From an uncultured Verrucomicrobiae bacterium (GTDB taxonomy: Bacteria; Verrucomicrobiota; Verrucomicrobiia; Limisphaerales; Palsa-1400), in contig OY969763.1 in NCBI GenBank assembly GCA_963702845.1, positions 3,776,001 to 3,840,000 on the forward strand: a stretch of DNA of 64,000 bases, in the 5' to 3' direction. The notes below the pieces were generated by a model, which worked only from the letters and a program-made list of their open reading frames with translations, had not been told where the DNA came from and ran no database searches. The translations under genes were made by a program, and so were the position numbers. Of this stretch, positions 49,521 to 64,000 are shown piece after piece; position 1 is the first letter of the stretch; every line of letters starts with the position of its first letter.

Positions 49521-49949
49521 ATGTCCCTCTCCTTCCCATATCGCGCCGAAGAAAGTCTCGGCAAAAAAAGATTTCGTGCCGCGCAATCCTCCGCCCGCGA
49601 CCGAACCCTCGCCGCATGGCGCGGTTGGTCGTGGAAAATCGCGGAAGACGACCGCAAAAAAACCAGCACAACCGCCGGAGACGCGCTCAAGGGCGTGTTG
49701 AAGAGCCTCAAAATCGATCAACGCCTCGCCGAGACCGAAGTGCTCAAAGTCTGGACCAGCCAGATGGACCCGAACGTCGCTGCACACGCCCATCCCGTCG
49801 GTCTGCGCAACGGCACGCTCATGGTCGTCGTCGACAGCCCCGTCTGGCTCTCCGAAATCGTCCGCTATCGCCGCCGCGAAATCCTCGAGCGCCTGCAAAA
49901 CAGCTTCGGTCGCGACGTCATCGCCCGAATTTCCTTCCGCATTGGTTAG
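49521..49949 (+). CDS. DUF721/DciA-family protein
   Basis: W...MDPNVAAHAHP..LRNGTLMV.VDSPVW.SE......IL.RL...FG...I..I.F pattern. Confidence 0.85.
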   Translation: MSLSFPYRAEESLGKKRFRAAQSSARDRTLAAWRGWSWKIAEDDRKKTSTTAGDALKGVLKSLKIDQRLAETEVLKVWTSQMDPNVAAHAHPVGLRNGTLMVVVDSPVWLSEIVRYRRREILERLQNSFGRDVIARISFRIG

Positions 49950-50039
49950 ATTATTCTGAGGAGAGGGCTGAGGAATTTTCACATGATTCCCCAAATCAGG
50001 TTGTCGGCTCTTTGCGAAACCTGATAAAGTGGCGCCGAC

Positions 50040-50270
50040 ATGAACGTCGACTCAGTCTCGCTCGCCCTGCAAAACATCACCGAGACAAAGCACCTGTTGC
50101 AGACGCTCATCACCTCCTCCGAATCCTTCGACTACATCAAAGCCAAAGCCACCCTCGACCTCCTCGACAAAAAAGTTAAGCACTTGGCCAAAGTTCAGAG
50201 ACAGCTCCAGGCCACAAATCGTGTCTCTGCTGCGAACGTCCGCGTCGTAGATTTCTCCGCAGGAGCTTAA
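50040..50270 (+). CDS. Hypothetical small helical protein
   Basis: 76-aa ORF with codon usage matching its neighbours. Confidence 0.6.
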   Translation: MNVDSVSLALQNITETKHLLQTLITSSESFDYIKAKATLDLLDKKVKHLAKVQRQLQATNRVSAANVRVVDFSAGA

Positions 50271-50273
50271 TTC

Positions 50274-50315
50274 CGCGCGACAGCGTCTTGGACTGCGGCA
50301 GCCCTCTGCCGCTTT
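50274..50315 (+). repeat. REP-like element
   Basis: TTGGACTGCGGCAG-CCCT-CTGCCGCTTT hairpin in intergenic DNA after a stop codon. Confidence 0.55.
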
Positions 50316-50412
50316 CTCATTTCGGTGAAAACACGCCATCGACAGATAATCTTTGTTCGGCCCATCAAAAGCTCTTGCGACTCCGCCTCTCCACCGGCAT
50401 AACACCACACAC

Positions 50413-51387
50413 ATGACCGCAAGAATCCTGGCATTCATTTTTGCCACAACCGTTCTCACCACCATGGCAGACGATTTACGCATCGGCATGATCGGCCTCG
50501 ACACCTCCCACTGCGTCGAGTTCACCCGCCGCATCAACGACCCGAAAAACAAAAACCACGTCGAAGGCGGTAAAATCGTCGCCGCATTCAAAGGCGGCAG
50601 CGAAGACATGCCCACCGACAGCATGAAACGCATCCCGCCTTACGCCAAGGAACTCGAAGAAAAATGGGGCGTGAAAATGTACGACTCCGTCGACGCCCTC
50701 GTCAAAGATGTCGACGTGGTAATGATTGAAAGCATCGACGGCCGCAAACATCTCGAACAAGCCATCCCTGCGATGAAAGCCGGCAAACGCATATTCATCG
50801 ACAAACCCGTCGCCGGCTCCTTGCGCGAAGCGCTCGAAATCTACGCCGCCGCAAAACAATATAACGTCCCCGTCTTCAGCGGTTCATCGCTGCGCTACTA
50901 TCCGAATCTCCAGACGATGAAACACACCGACGTCGGCGAGTTGAGAGGCGCGTATTCGACCGGCCCCGCTCACCTGGAAAAACACCATCCCGACCTCTAC
51001 TGGTATGGCATCCACCCCACCGAAGCCCTCTACACCATCATGGGCACCGGCTGCGAAACCGTCGTCTGCACCGCCACACCCGACACTCACGTCGTCACCG
51101 GCGTCTGGAAAGATGGTAAAGTCGCAACCTTGCGCGGCATGCGCAGTGGCGTCGAACCTTATCGCGTAAGCGTCTACGGAAGCAAAAAAGTTTTAGACGA
51201 ACAACTCGCCGGCGACTACACACCGTTTCTGCGGGAAGTTATAAAATTCCTGCAAACCGGCATCGCCCCCGTCCCTGCCGACGAAACCATCGAAATCTAC
51301 GCCTTCATGGAAGCAGCCGACGAAAGCAAACGTGAAGGCGGCAAACCGGTGCGCCTTGCTGACGTAATCGAGAAGAACAAACCCTAA
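50413..51387 (+). CDS. Exported Gfo/Idh/MocA-family oxidoreductase
   Basis: Signal peptide, then RIGMIGLDTSH, FIDKP, SSLRY and WYGIH motifs. Confidence 0.85.
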   Translation: MTARILAFIFATTVLTTMADDLRIGMIGLDTSHCVEFTRRINDPKNKNHVEGGKIVAAFKGGSEDMPTDSMKRIPPYAKELEEKWGVKMYDSVDALVKDVDVVMIESIDGRKHLEQAIPAMKAGKRIFIDKPVAGSLREALEIYAAAKQYNVPVFSGSSLRYYPNLQTMKHTDVGELRGAYSTGPAHLEKHHPDLYWYGIHPTEALYTIMGTGCETVVCTATPDTHVVTGVWKDGKVATLRGMRSGVEPYRVSVYGSKKVLDEQLAGDYTPFLREVIKFLQTGIAPVPADETIEIYAFMEAADESKREGGKPVRLADVIEKNKP

Positions 51388-52322
51388 AAGCTGAAAACCA
51401 TCGTTCGTTTGGTCGTTGGATCGATCGGTATCTCTGCCATGTAAGCCGGCACTAAATCGCTCCATCCCTTCGGCGACGACTTGTGTTCCAATTCAAACGC
51501 GCGCATCGCCAACCGCACTCGCAAGGCATCGACGATCACAATCACCGAATCGTATTTCCCTTTGGCCCGCGCAATCACCAGGTCTTCCGGATGCAAAATC
51601 TTGGCCTTGATCATTTCAGCCAGGCGCATCATTTCCATTCGGAAAACTCCAACTTGTAGCCGGCCGTAAGCATCGGCCCATTTTTTCTCTTGTTGCAACG
51701 TCAGCTCAAAAGGCTGCCGGTTCGTTTTCCACGTTTCTAAATCAGCTAAAACAAATCGGCAGTCGTTCACGTCCAATTTTGGCGCGACGGAATTCAGTGC
51801 CGTTAGAGCAATCCGCTCGTCCGCCAATGAAACCAGCGAGTCGATAAGCAGCCCCCCGTGCGCCACCGCAGAACCAAATTTCAATCCATCCAAGTACAAT
51901 TTCAGGGCATCAAGATTGCGACCTTCTTGCTCCGCCACATAACCTGCGCACGAAATCAAATGTGCAATCTGCTTCGCTTTTGGCAAATCACGATTGTAGT
52001 GCTCCGTCAGCCAGTTGTCGGAGAATTGAAATGGCACCGCCCACTGGCTTGTCAGTGCACCTCGGATAATCGGAATTATGGCTTCGTTGTTGGTGGCGTA
52101 GTGCTTGGCTCGGGCCAACGAAAAATCTTTATCTCCTCGCGCGGGCGGCTCGTCCGAGTTCATCACAAACGCCGGACTCACAGCAATGCTGTCATATCCG
52201 TTCGGTACCGGCAGGGCAACGACAACAGCAGGCGGTGGAGACCGCAACATATAGAACACTGCGCCAACCACAATCACTGACGCAACTAAGCCAAAACAAA
52301 TCCTCCGCTTCAAAACAGTCAT
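51384..52322 (-). CDS. Hypothetical membrane-anchored helical protein
   Basis: N-terminal TM helix, LPVPNGYD, and a C-terminal DLVPAYMAEIPIDP motif. Confidence 0.75.
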   Translation of the reverse strand: MTVLKRRICFGLVASVIVVGAVFYMLRSPPPAVVVALPVPNGYDSIAVSPAFVMNSDEPPARGDKDFSLARAKHYATNNEAIIPIIRGALTSQWAVPFQFSDNWLTEHYNRDLPKAKQIAHLISCAGYVAEQEGRNLDALKLYLDGLKFGSAVAHGGLLIDSLVSLADERIALTALNSVAPKLDVNDCRFVLADLETWKTNRQPFELTLQQEKKWADAYGRLQVGVFRMEMMRLAEMIKAKILHPEDLVIARAKGKYDSVIVIVDALRVRLAMRAFELEHKSSPKGWSDLVPAYMAEIPIDPTTKRTMVFSF

Positions 52323-52572
52323 CGTTAATCATCGCCGCTTCTGTGTCGTGATTGCATGCAACTGTTTCGTTGCTTCACCCACTCAAGTAGCTCGTCGACT
52401 TGCCTGAAGTTAACGTCGTTCCCCCGCGGAACACCAGCCTTGATCGCCGCCGCCAGCCCCAGCCAACTTTCGCGATCTTCAAACGCGGACGTTCAAAATT
52501 GTGTTTTCAAGTACACAGTGGCGGTTTATATCTCGCGCGGCGAATGGTTCACCATCGCTCATCCGAACAACT

Positions 52573-53430
52573 ATGAAAACATCCTGCTTCTTTTGCATGT
52601 TGGCAGTCAGTGCTCATGTTTCACTCGCTCAGTCACAAAAACCTGAAGTATTCGCGTCAGCCGGTGACATCACTGACAATCGCTCTTCCGGCACATTTTC
52701 GGGCGATTGTACCGTTGAGATCAAGTTCACCGGAGATACTGCGGCCACTGCGTCGAGCGTCCGCGAAGTGCGCATCACCAAAGCAATCGATGAAACAGGA
52801 CGTGACCTGAAGTCGGACGAAAAAAAGCATTTCAGCGGATTCGCCGATAATAACCGAAGCGGTCAAACGGTCCTTAAGAAAGAAGTAACGCTAAAAAACC
52901 CCTCGCGAAACGCGCATGTAATCAAACTCATTGAAGGCGAAGCCTCATTCTTTTCGCCAACCGAGTCAAACGGCGGCAAAACAATTATCAAGGACGCCTT
53001 GGCGCATCCCGGGGAACCATTTGATAACCCGACGCCGAAGCAGCTCAAAATCCAGATTACGTATCACACAAAAGAAAGCGTCGAAGCGGCAAAACAGAAA
53101 AAGAAAGCCAGCGCAACGGCGGGTGACAAAATCGGTGAGGGTCTAGCCGACGCTTTTGGAAGCATGTTCTCCAGTTTCGGTAACTCATCCCGCGAAAAAG
53201 GTTCCGTCGATCTGCAAATCAATGATCCCGACAAACGCTTTGTCAAAGTTGAATTCCTGGACACCAACGGCAAACCTCTCGAATCGCAAGGTCAAATGAG
53301 TTACGGCGACTTCCATCACTACGGTTTGAAAACCGCACCACCGACAGGATTACAAATGGTCCTCTACCTGGCGACTTCCGATGCCTCCGTGAACGTGCCG
53401 TTTAAACTGGAGAACATCCCGATCCCATAA
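52573..53430 (+). CDS. Hypothetical secreted protein
   Basis: Signal peptide MKTSCFFCMLAVSAHVSLA and a beta-rich sequence ending VPFKLENIPIP. Confidence 0.75.
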   Translation: MKTSCFFCMLAVSAHVSLAQSQKPEVFASAGDITDNRSSGTFSGDCTVEIKFTGDTAATASSVREVRITKAIDETGRDLKSDEKKHFSGFADNNRSGQTVLKKEVTLKNPSRNAHVIKLIEGEASFFSPTESNGGKTIIKDALAHPGEPFDNPTPKQLKIQITYHTKESVEAAKQKKKASATAGDKIGEGLADAFGSMFSSFGNSSREKGSVDLQINDPDKRFVKVEFLDTNGKPLESQGQMSYGDFHHYGLKTAPPTGLQMVLYLATSDASVNVPFKLENIPIP

Positions 53431-53468
53431 ATCGCGAGTGTAACTCGTGCTTCTGACGCGCGTTGAAG

Positions 53469-54041
53469 TTACAAACAAGCGCTCACAAACTGCGCTATAG
53501 CCAGAATTCCTACCGACATGGCGATAAACCAAAGAGGCTTCTTCTTCGTCACAGTACAAAGCGACGCCATCGCTATAGAAACGGAAAACAGCGATATCAC
53601 CGACGCCATTTTCGCTCCTCGCCCCCGGGCAACATCGCGCGTCTTTTCAAAACCTTCCGCCTTGGCCTTTATATCGGCCTTTTCCTTGTCATAGCGAGCC
53701 GCTCTTTCAGCCAATTGCTTTTGAAGCTGCTCGCTTTTCTCGTTACCCGGCTGAGTTGCTGCCAGATTTTGGACTGATTGATCCAGATGCTGCTTAATCG
53801 ATTTTGCCTGGTAAAATGCCCATTGATCCGAAGCCCACGCCTGATTCATAACGACAGCGCTCGAAAACTTCCCGGCCCATTGCGCTGCGGTTGCCGCCGC
53901 GACCGCAAGCACCACAATCGTCAACGACACATACTTGATCCATGCTTCCCGTTTCTCCTTTTCCTTGGTGGCACCGCGATCTGCCTTCAGATCGACAATA
54001 AACTGCTTCAATTCACTAATTTCTTTTTGAAGATCATCCAT
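53469..54041 (-). CDS. DUF4337-family membrane protein
   Basis: VLAVAAA...ASDQWAFYQAKSIK, a coiled coil and C-terminal TM helices. Confidence 0.85.
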   Translation of the reverse strand: MDDLQKEISELKQFIVDLKADRGATKEKEKREAWIKYVSLTIVVLAVAAATAAQWAGKFSSAVVMNQAWASDQWAFYQAKSIKQHLDQSVQNLAATQPGNEKSEQLQKQLAERAARYDKEKADIKAKAEGFEKTRDVARGRGAKMASVISLFSVSIAMASLCTVTKKKPLWFIAMSVGILAIAQFVSACL

Positions 54042-54276
54042 AAAATAACTACCTCGCTCTAAACGAGCCCGTTCCAGTAACCAAATGCCGCGTGCAACTC
54101 AATAAAAAACAAACTCAGGGGCCCTTCTCTCATTTTTGGCTAACAGAAACGGCAAATTTATTTTAAGCGGCTGCCCTACATCAAATCCCTTCGGGCGATC
54201 GATCCCATCACTAGCCTACAAATTCTTACCTTTGGTCTCCACGACTCCACGATTCGCTGTCCGAACCTAAAAAAAC

Positions 54277-54311
54277 AAAAAAGCCGAAACGAAAAGTTCG
54301 TTTCGGCTTTT
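54277..54311 (-). terminator. rRNA operon intrinsic terminator
   Basis: AAAAGCCGAAACGAA-AAG-TTCGTTTCGGCTTTT perfect stem with a U-tract downstream of 5S. Confidence 0.85.
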
Positions 54312-54320
54312 AATGAAAGA

Positions 54321-54436
54321 TCTGGCGCCAACCTACTCTCGCAGAACCTATAGAACTACTACCATCGGCAAGACTGTGTTTGACGGCCGTGTTCGGGATG
54401 GGAACGGGTCGGACCACAGCTTTATGGGCACCAAAA
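54321..54436 (-). rRNA. rrf: 5S rRNA
   Basis: Complement of CCCGTTCCCATCCCGAACACGG and GATGGTAGT...GAGAGTAGGT. Ends approximate. Confidence 0.93.
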
Positions 54437-54726
54437 AATCGTTTGGTCAGTAGCAATCGATTTTGCAATTGCTACGCGCGGGCTCTGCCGCGTTGACCGA
54501 GATTTAAATACTTTTGGCCAGTGCTTTCAATTCATCAGTTAACCAGCGGAGTAACGAGAAAACAGTCTCATCACCCACCCTGCTGAACCGATCGCACGGA
54601 CCGAGATTTTAAAGATCATACCTGGCAAAGCTCAGGAAAACTTCTCTGAAAACTATACGTAGACTTGGGAGCATATTACAACTCGCGAGTTTAAATTACG
54701 CTTTTTTCCTTTGTGGGAAAAAAAAG

Positions 54727-57597
<2,871 letters not shown>

Positions 57598-57768
57598 ACA
57601 AAGTTAGACCTCGTTCTCCTCATTGCTGAAGAAAACAAGATTACTCAGCGAATTGTAATTATTTATGCCCTTTATTATCTACGTATAGTTGTCAAAGAAC
57701 TTTCCCGGCTTTAATCGCTCGAGGGTTTTAAACCCCGAACAATCTCTTCCAGGCAAAATTTTATCAAG

Positions 57769-57845
57769 TGGTGGGCGTGACTGGATTCGAACCAGTGACC
57801 CTGCGCTTATCAAGCGCATGCTCTAACCAACTGAGCTACACGCCC
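57769..57845 (-). tRNA. tRNA-Ile(GAT)
   Basis: Cloverleaf GGGCGTG...CACGCCC-A-CCA. Anticodon loop TTGATAA. Confidence 0.96.
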
Positions 57846-57855
57846 ATTAAAGTGT

Positions 57856-57931
57856 TGGTGGAGCTGAGGAGAGTCGAACTCCTGACCTATAGCTTGCAAA
57901 GCTACCGCTCTACCAACTGAGCTACAGCCCC
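57856..57931 (-). tRNA. tRNA-Ala(TGC)
   Basis: Cloverleaf GGGGCTG...CAGCTCC-A-CCA with a G3:U70 pair. Anticodon loop TTTGCAA. Confidence 0.96.
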
Positions 57932-58246
57932 AACACTTACGATTACTTTTGAGATTCCGATTTGAACCCGCGCCTTGCGACGCGTCAATCGTAAATCGTC
58001 AAACGCAAATCGTAAATTTACGAGTTCGATCTCTTCCACTTGTTAAAGAACAAAAGTCCGCTCCGCAATGTTTAACGTTGCTGATCGAACCGAACGCATC
58101 CATTTGCGTTCCGGCTATTGAAAGCCCATTGAAATCTGAATTGTGCGAATAGATTGAGCCAAAATCTGTGATTTCAAATTTAACTCTGAAATCTCAGACC
58201 GACCTAGGAACGATGGTTAGAAACCGAAGTTTCACCCATCTCCATG

Positions 58247-59827
<1,581 letters not shown>

Positions 59828-59943
59828 AAAACGTTAGCTTGAATCTTGTCCGATTGGTTAAACCGGACTGATTTTGCAATTAAAACTCTCCAAACACTCA
59901 CCAACTAACAGGTGAGCTTTGAAGGGGCTCTCACTATTCGCAC

Positions 59944-60182
59944 AATTCAATTTTCAATGAGCAGTCGAGTTTCAGTCTTTGTTACGTTTTTACCGCAACA
60001 ACCACCTTCCACCCAAAATTATCCTTGTTGTTCCAACGCAACTTATTGCGTTTTCCCAACTTTGTTTTTGTCGTGACGACAAAAACGCCCGAGCTGCCGA
60101 TTCTCGCTCTTAACTACTCGGCATCTCAGACACCTTCGTTAACTGTCCGATTACTTTATCTTCATCGGCCACCGGTTGTCAA
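59944..60182 (-). promoter_or_regulatory. rrn leader: putative promoter and boxA-like motif
   Basis: TTGACA at 60182-60177, an 18-nt spacer, then TAAAGT. GCTCATTGAAAATTGAA lies at about 59962-59946. Confidence 0.55.
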
Positions 60183-60255
60183 CGGGTTTTGTTAAACCAA
60201 CCGCTTTTTCTTTTTCTTCGCTGTTCTTAAGAACGTTTCGAAGAACGTGACCAAA

Positions 60256-60954
60256 CTAGATGCACTCACTTATTCCTGCAAGAACTTTTTTAACTTTTTT
60301 TTGTCCCCTCGTAATTCCCCCGTAAGTTCCCGCGCATTTGCCTAGATAAGGCAGCTCAAATAGCCTTAAGCGTTTCACACCATTGCCCCACTTTCCGATT
60401 GCGTCAAGGTTTGTAGCAGCAGAAAAATCAGCTTTTTTGCCATTTATTAACACAACCGCAGACACCTGCGCATCAACAGCTTGCAATGCCTTCAGGCTAA
60501 GCAACGTATGATTGATCGTTCCTAATTGATTTTTTCCCACCAGTAAAACCTGACAATTCAGCGCCTCGATCAAATCGAGCACCGAATAATTTGTCCCGAG
60601 CGGCACCAACAGTCCGCCCGACCCTTCTATCAACAACACATCACACCGTTTTTTTAGATCGGCAATCTTTTTCAAAACAGCTTTCAGGGGCACCTGCTCC
60701 CGTGATTTTTCCCATTTCACCGCCACCCAGGGCGCCAGTGGCGCCGAGAAATAGAAGGGATTCACCTCGTCTAAAGTCACTTCATCTGACTGGAGTGAAT
60801 GCAAAAGCTCTGCATCGTCGCGTCCGCCCGAACAGAACGGCTTCATCGCCAGTGCGTTTACTCCCTGGGAACGAAAATGATGCAGCAGCAGTGCCGTGAG
60901 CACCGTTTTGCCGACCCCAGTATCCGTTCCGGTGACAAATACAACTTTGCTCAT
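60256..60954 (-). CDS. bioD: Dethiobiotin synthase
   Basis: FVTGTDTGVGKT, MKP, IEGSGGLLVP and LGTINHTLLS motifs. Confidence 0.95.
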   Translation of the reverse strand: MSKVVFVTGTDTGVGKTVLTALLLHHFRSQGVNALAMKPFCSGGRDDAELLHSLQSDEVTLDEVNPFYFSAPLAPWVAVKWEKSREQVPLKAVLKKIADLKKRCDVLLIEGSGGLLVPLGTNYSVLDLIEALNCQVLLVGKNQLGTINHTLLSLKALQAVDAQVSAVVLINGKKADFSAATNLDAIGKWGNGVKRLRLFELPYLGKCAGTYGGITRGQKKVKKVLAGISECI

Positions 60955-61103
60955 AACACCTTCTTACCAAAAACCGGCTTAAAGCAAAATTTGTTCTTTT
61001 CCACAAGTTAACGGGCGTGAAAACCGTGCCAGCAGGAATCCACCTTCGACGTAAATCGAAAATCTTCTTTCGTTTACGCCCTACTTTCATAGGATTCGCG
61101 GGG

Positions 61104-63413
61104 ATGAACGACCAAGCTGCGGCGTCACAACCGATATGCGCTCGATTTTGCGACCTGTGGTTTTCTCCCAAACGTTTTTCCATTTTTCTGGCGTTGCTTG
61201 TCCTCATTGCTTTTCACGACGTTTTATTGGGCGGGCGCTCTTTTGTTATCAGGGATTTCGGCCTGTTCTCCTACCCCGTTGCATCGTTTGTTAAAGGCAG
61301 TTACGCGCATGGAGAAATTCCATTTTGGAATCCACTGGACACGTGCGGAATTCCGTTCCTTGCACAGTTCAACACTCTGGCGCTTTACCCCGGGTCGCTC
61401 ATCTACCTCGCCCTGCCGCTCACATGGGCGCTACCGTTTTTCTGCATACTGCATTTGTACCTCGGTGGACTGGGGACATACTTTCTGGCTCGGCGATGGA
61501 CTGGCTCCGCGCTGGGCGGCGCGGTAGCGGGACTGGTTTTTGCGTTCAATGGCCTCTCACTGAACCTTCTCATGTGGCCTAGCCACATTGCGGCATTCAG
61601 CCTTATACCATGGACAGTATTGGCAGTCGAAACAGGCTGGCAGAAAGGGGGACGGCACTTGATTGTCGGCGGAATCGTTGGCTCACTCCTCGTGCTCGCG
61701 GGTGGCCCGGAGGAGATTGTGTTTTCGTGGTTAATTCTGTTCGGCCTGCTGCTCGCGCAAATGAAATTTAGCGGTCTCGCTACACTCACTCTGACGCGGC
61801 GATTCATCACAATCGTCGTGCTAACCGCTGCCTTTTCCGCGCCGCTGTGGTTGCCGTTCGTCGATCTAGCTATGCATTCCAATCGTGACAGTCAATTTGG
61901 GGGCAGCGCCTGGTCCATGCCTGTTTCCGGCTTTGCCAATTTTCTTGTCCCAATGTTTCACACGACCCAATGGGAAACGATCGTGTATCAAGAATCACAA
62001 AAGTGGACCAGCTCTTACTACCCCGGCGTCGCAACAGTTTTTCTCGTCATCATAGCGTTGCTGCGCAGGCGAGAATGGCGTGTTGGACTACTCGGAACGT
62101 TCCTGGTGATAAGCCTTGTGGTCGCGTTGGGAGACAGTGGTTATCTGTTCGCGTGGCTGCGACACGCATTTCCGTTCCTCGGAAAATTTCGTTATCCAGT
62201 AAAATTTCTTTTGCTGAGTCTTTTCCTCATTCCCCTGCTGGCTGCATATGGCATCAGCTATTACGAAGAACAGCGGCGACAATGGAAGTTCGACGCCGCT
62301 TGCGCTGGTGTTCTTATTGCCTTAATCGGGCTCGTGACCTGGGCCGGCCGAAAATACGTTTCTGAAGAGATTCCGTGGCCAACGATTTTAAACAATGGAC
62401 TGTGGCGAATGGCATTCCTGATCTTTTTCGTTGCGGTGACATTTTTATTTTGGCGCGTTCCAAAACGGCAGCCTTGGATGGCGGCCTCGATGTTATTACT
62501 GATTTGGGCCGATCTCCTCATGCACGAGCCATGGCAAAATCCAACTGTGGACTCCTCTTATTACGAGCCCGGGCTCGCCCGCCAGAAAGTGAAGCTCGCC
62601 CCAGAGCCAGCGCCCGAAGAATCGCGTTTGATGATGTCGCCGTTTTCAGCTCAAAACCTTTATTACCGCCCCGCTGCGGATCCGGCATCGACCCTCTTGC
62701 TGCACCGCGTCGTTTTCCTGGCCGATCTCAACCTCCTCGAGGGCCTACCAAAGGTTGACGGATTCTTTTCGCTAAACCTTAAACAAACTGACCGGGTGCT
62801 ACGTCAATTCGATGACCCGTCGCCGCAAAAGCTCGAACATCTCGAAGACTTGCTCGGAGTCTCACAAACGATCGAACAAGGAAAAGTCTTCGACTGGGTT
62901 CGGCGCGATTCCTATTTGCCGGTAATCACAGTGGGACATGAGCCGGTGTTCGGGTCGGAAGAAGCAAACTTCACGGCAGTAACTGATGCAGCATCGGACA
63001 TTCGGCACACCGTTTATCTACCTCTCGAAGCCAAATCGGAAGTAAAAGCCCATCGCGAAGATCGAGCGCGAATCATCGCAAAAAAAGTACTTTCAAACCG
63101 TGTTGCCATTCAGGTGGATACACCACATCCAGCAATGGCATTAATCAACCAGAGCTATTATCACAACTGGAAGGCCTACATTGACGGTAAACCGGCGAAA
63201 TTGTGGCGAGCGGACTACGCCTTTCAAGCGGTGGAAATGCCAGCCGGCGAACACGAACTGAAAATAATTTACCGAGACACCGCGTTCTACATCGGAGTCG
63301 GAGTATTCGCCTGCGCCTTTGGTTTATGCGTTGTCCCGTGGATCAGGGGCTCAAGGCGCAAACAAAACGCGTCTGCCCATTTACCGCATCCTGTTGCACA
63401 AACGATGACGTAA
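61104..63413 (+). CDS. YfhO-family polytopic membrane protein (GT-C-type glycosyltransferase-like)
   Basis: RD...FSYP, PFWNP..CG.PFLA, FRYPVKF, many TM helices, and a C-terminal YYHNWKAYIDG...RADYAFQAV..PAGEH. Confidence 0.85.
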   Translation: MNDQAAASQPICARFCDLWFSPKRFSIFLALLVLIAFHDVLLGGRSFVIRDFGLFSYPVASFVKGSYAHGEIPFWNPLDTCGIPFLAQFNTLALYPGSLIYLALPLTWALPFFCILHLYLGGLGTYFLARRWTGSALGGAVAGLVFAFNGLSLNLLMWPSHIAAFSLIPWTVLAVETGWQKGGRHLIVGGIVGSLLVLAGGPEEIVFSWLILFGLLLAQMKFSGLATLTLTRRFITIVVLTAAFSAPLWLPFVDLAMHSNRDSQFGGSAWSMPVSGFANFLVPMFHTTQWETIVYQESQKWTSSYYPGVATVFLVIIALLRRREWRVGLLGTFLVISLVVALGDSGYLFAWLRHAFPFLGKFRYPVKFLLLSLFLIPLLAAYGISYYEEQRRQWKFDAACAGVLIALIGLVTWAGRKYVSEEIPWPTILNNGLWRMAFLIFFVAVTFLFWRVPKRQPWMAASMLLLIWADLLMHEPWQNPTVDSSYYEPGLARQKVKLAPEPAPEESRLMMSPFSAQNLYYRPAADPASTLLLHRVVFLADLNLLEGLPKVDGFFSLNLKQTDRVLRQFDDPSPQKLEHLEDLLGVSQTIEQGKVFDWVRRDSYLPVITVGHEPVFGSEEANFTAVTDAASDIRHTVYLPLEAKSEVKAHREDRARIIAKKVLSNRVAIQVDTPHPAMALINQSYYHNWKAYIDGKPAKLWRADYAFQAVEMPAGEHELKIIYRDTAFYIGVGVFACAFGLCVVPWIRGSRRKQNASAHLPHPVAQTMT

Positions 63414-63428
63414 TAAACTGGCCAGAGC

Positions 63429-64000
63429 CTAGAGACCGGAAGGAAGACCCGCTGGGTTCGTCCGCCACATCGTCTCATTTTCCCAGAAATTGACGGGGGT
63501 GAACACCTTGCCGGCACGATAGAAACGCGTGCTGCCGTCGATCATAGCGTAATTAGCACCGCCAGCCGTCGCGTCGTTCGGATTGCCGTCGTGCTTCGAT
63601 TCATCCACCTGTCTATCGTCATCCAAGTCGTCCCAATCCATGTAGTAATGCATCGAGGTATTCAACTTCTCGCCCAGGATAATTGTGTCGCTGGGGATCA
63701 GAATATCGTTCTCCTTCAAATACGGCGAGGTCGCCGCAGTCTGCCAATCCTCCCCGTATTTGGCTGCATACGAACGGTTAAAGCCGTTGATGATGTAGCT
63801 GCGCGGTGCGCCATCCGGGAAATAATTTGTGTTGGCGGGCGTGCCTGTCGCCGGAGTTTTCAACTCGCTGGGGCACAGGAGCATCGAAACTTTGTAATAG
63901 AACGGAAAATAGCGCGTTGGCCAACGTGGCGCGGTGGTCCGGGACGGGAACGCTCCGCCGTTATCCATCGCGTACATTTTCGTCGCCAAGCCGAGTTGGT
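63429..64000 (-). CDS. Prepilin-type/H-X9-DG family protein (5' end outside the window)
   Basis: QLGLATKMYAMDN, LLCPS, SYIIN, PSDTIILGE and H...GGANYAMIDG motifs. Confidence 0.8.
   Translation of the reverse strand, partial: QLGLATKMYAMDNGGAFPSRTTAPRWPTRYFPFYYKVSMLLCPSELKTPATGTPANTNYFPDGAPRSYIINGFNRSYAAKYGEDWQTAATSPYLKENDILIPSDTIILGEKLNTSMHYYMDWDDLDDDRQVDESKHDGNPNDATAGGANYAMIDGSTRFYRAGKVFTPVNFWENETMWRTNPAGLPSGL

Noticed and set aside
52325..52492. Minus-strand open stretch (…LAAAIKAGVPRGNDVNFRQVDELLEWVKQ…)
   Set aside because: It has no clear start and is too short to assign; at most it is a gene remnant.

Overview
A 64-kb chromosomal window from a member of the Verrucomicrobiota. The 16S rRNA contains the EUB338-III site, and the gene content (PVC-type heme protein, prepilin H-X9-DG proteins, extended ECF sigma) suggests a Pedosphaera/Limisphaerales-like organism. 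It holds one complete minus-strand rRNA operon (16S, tRNA-Ala, tRNA-Ile, 23S, 5S), tRNA-Arg(ACG) and housekeeping genes (accA, manA, ispD, galE, murJ, bioA/bioF/bioD, purK/purE, a DciA-like gene). It also carries a three-gene signalling cluster, several secreted and cell-envelope enzymes, and a carbamoyltransferase-SxtJ-DUF5989-SGNH operon. Four genes are frameshifted, probably by indel errors in the assembly. The most unusual part is the largely non-coding region at 16.2-18.8 kb. There, a sigma70-type promoter, a hairpin and a boxA-like motif resembling those of the rrn operon point into five different arrays with exact 10-bp periodicity. The same region holds a solo integron-like gene cassette, a nested REP hairpin and a degenerate 21-bp repeat. 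Other notable items are an ECF sigma factor followed by a stand-alone paralog of its own extracytoplasmic domain, a GH42 enzyme with Asn at the catalytic acid/base position, and a palindromic repeat lying in frame within manA. All family assignments come from motif recognition by eye; no database searches were run.
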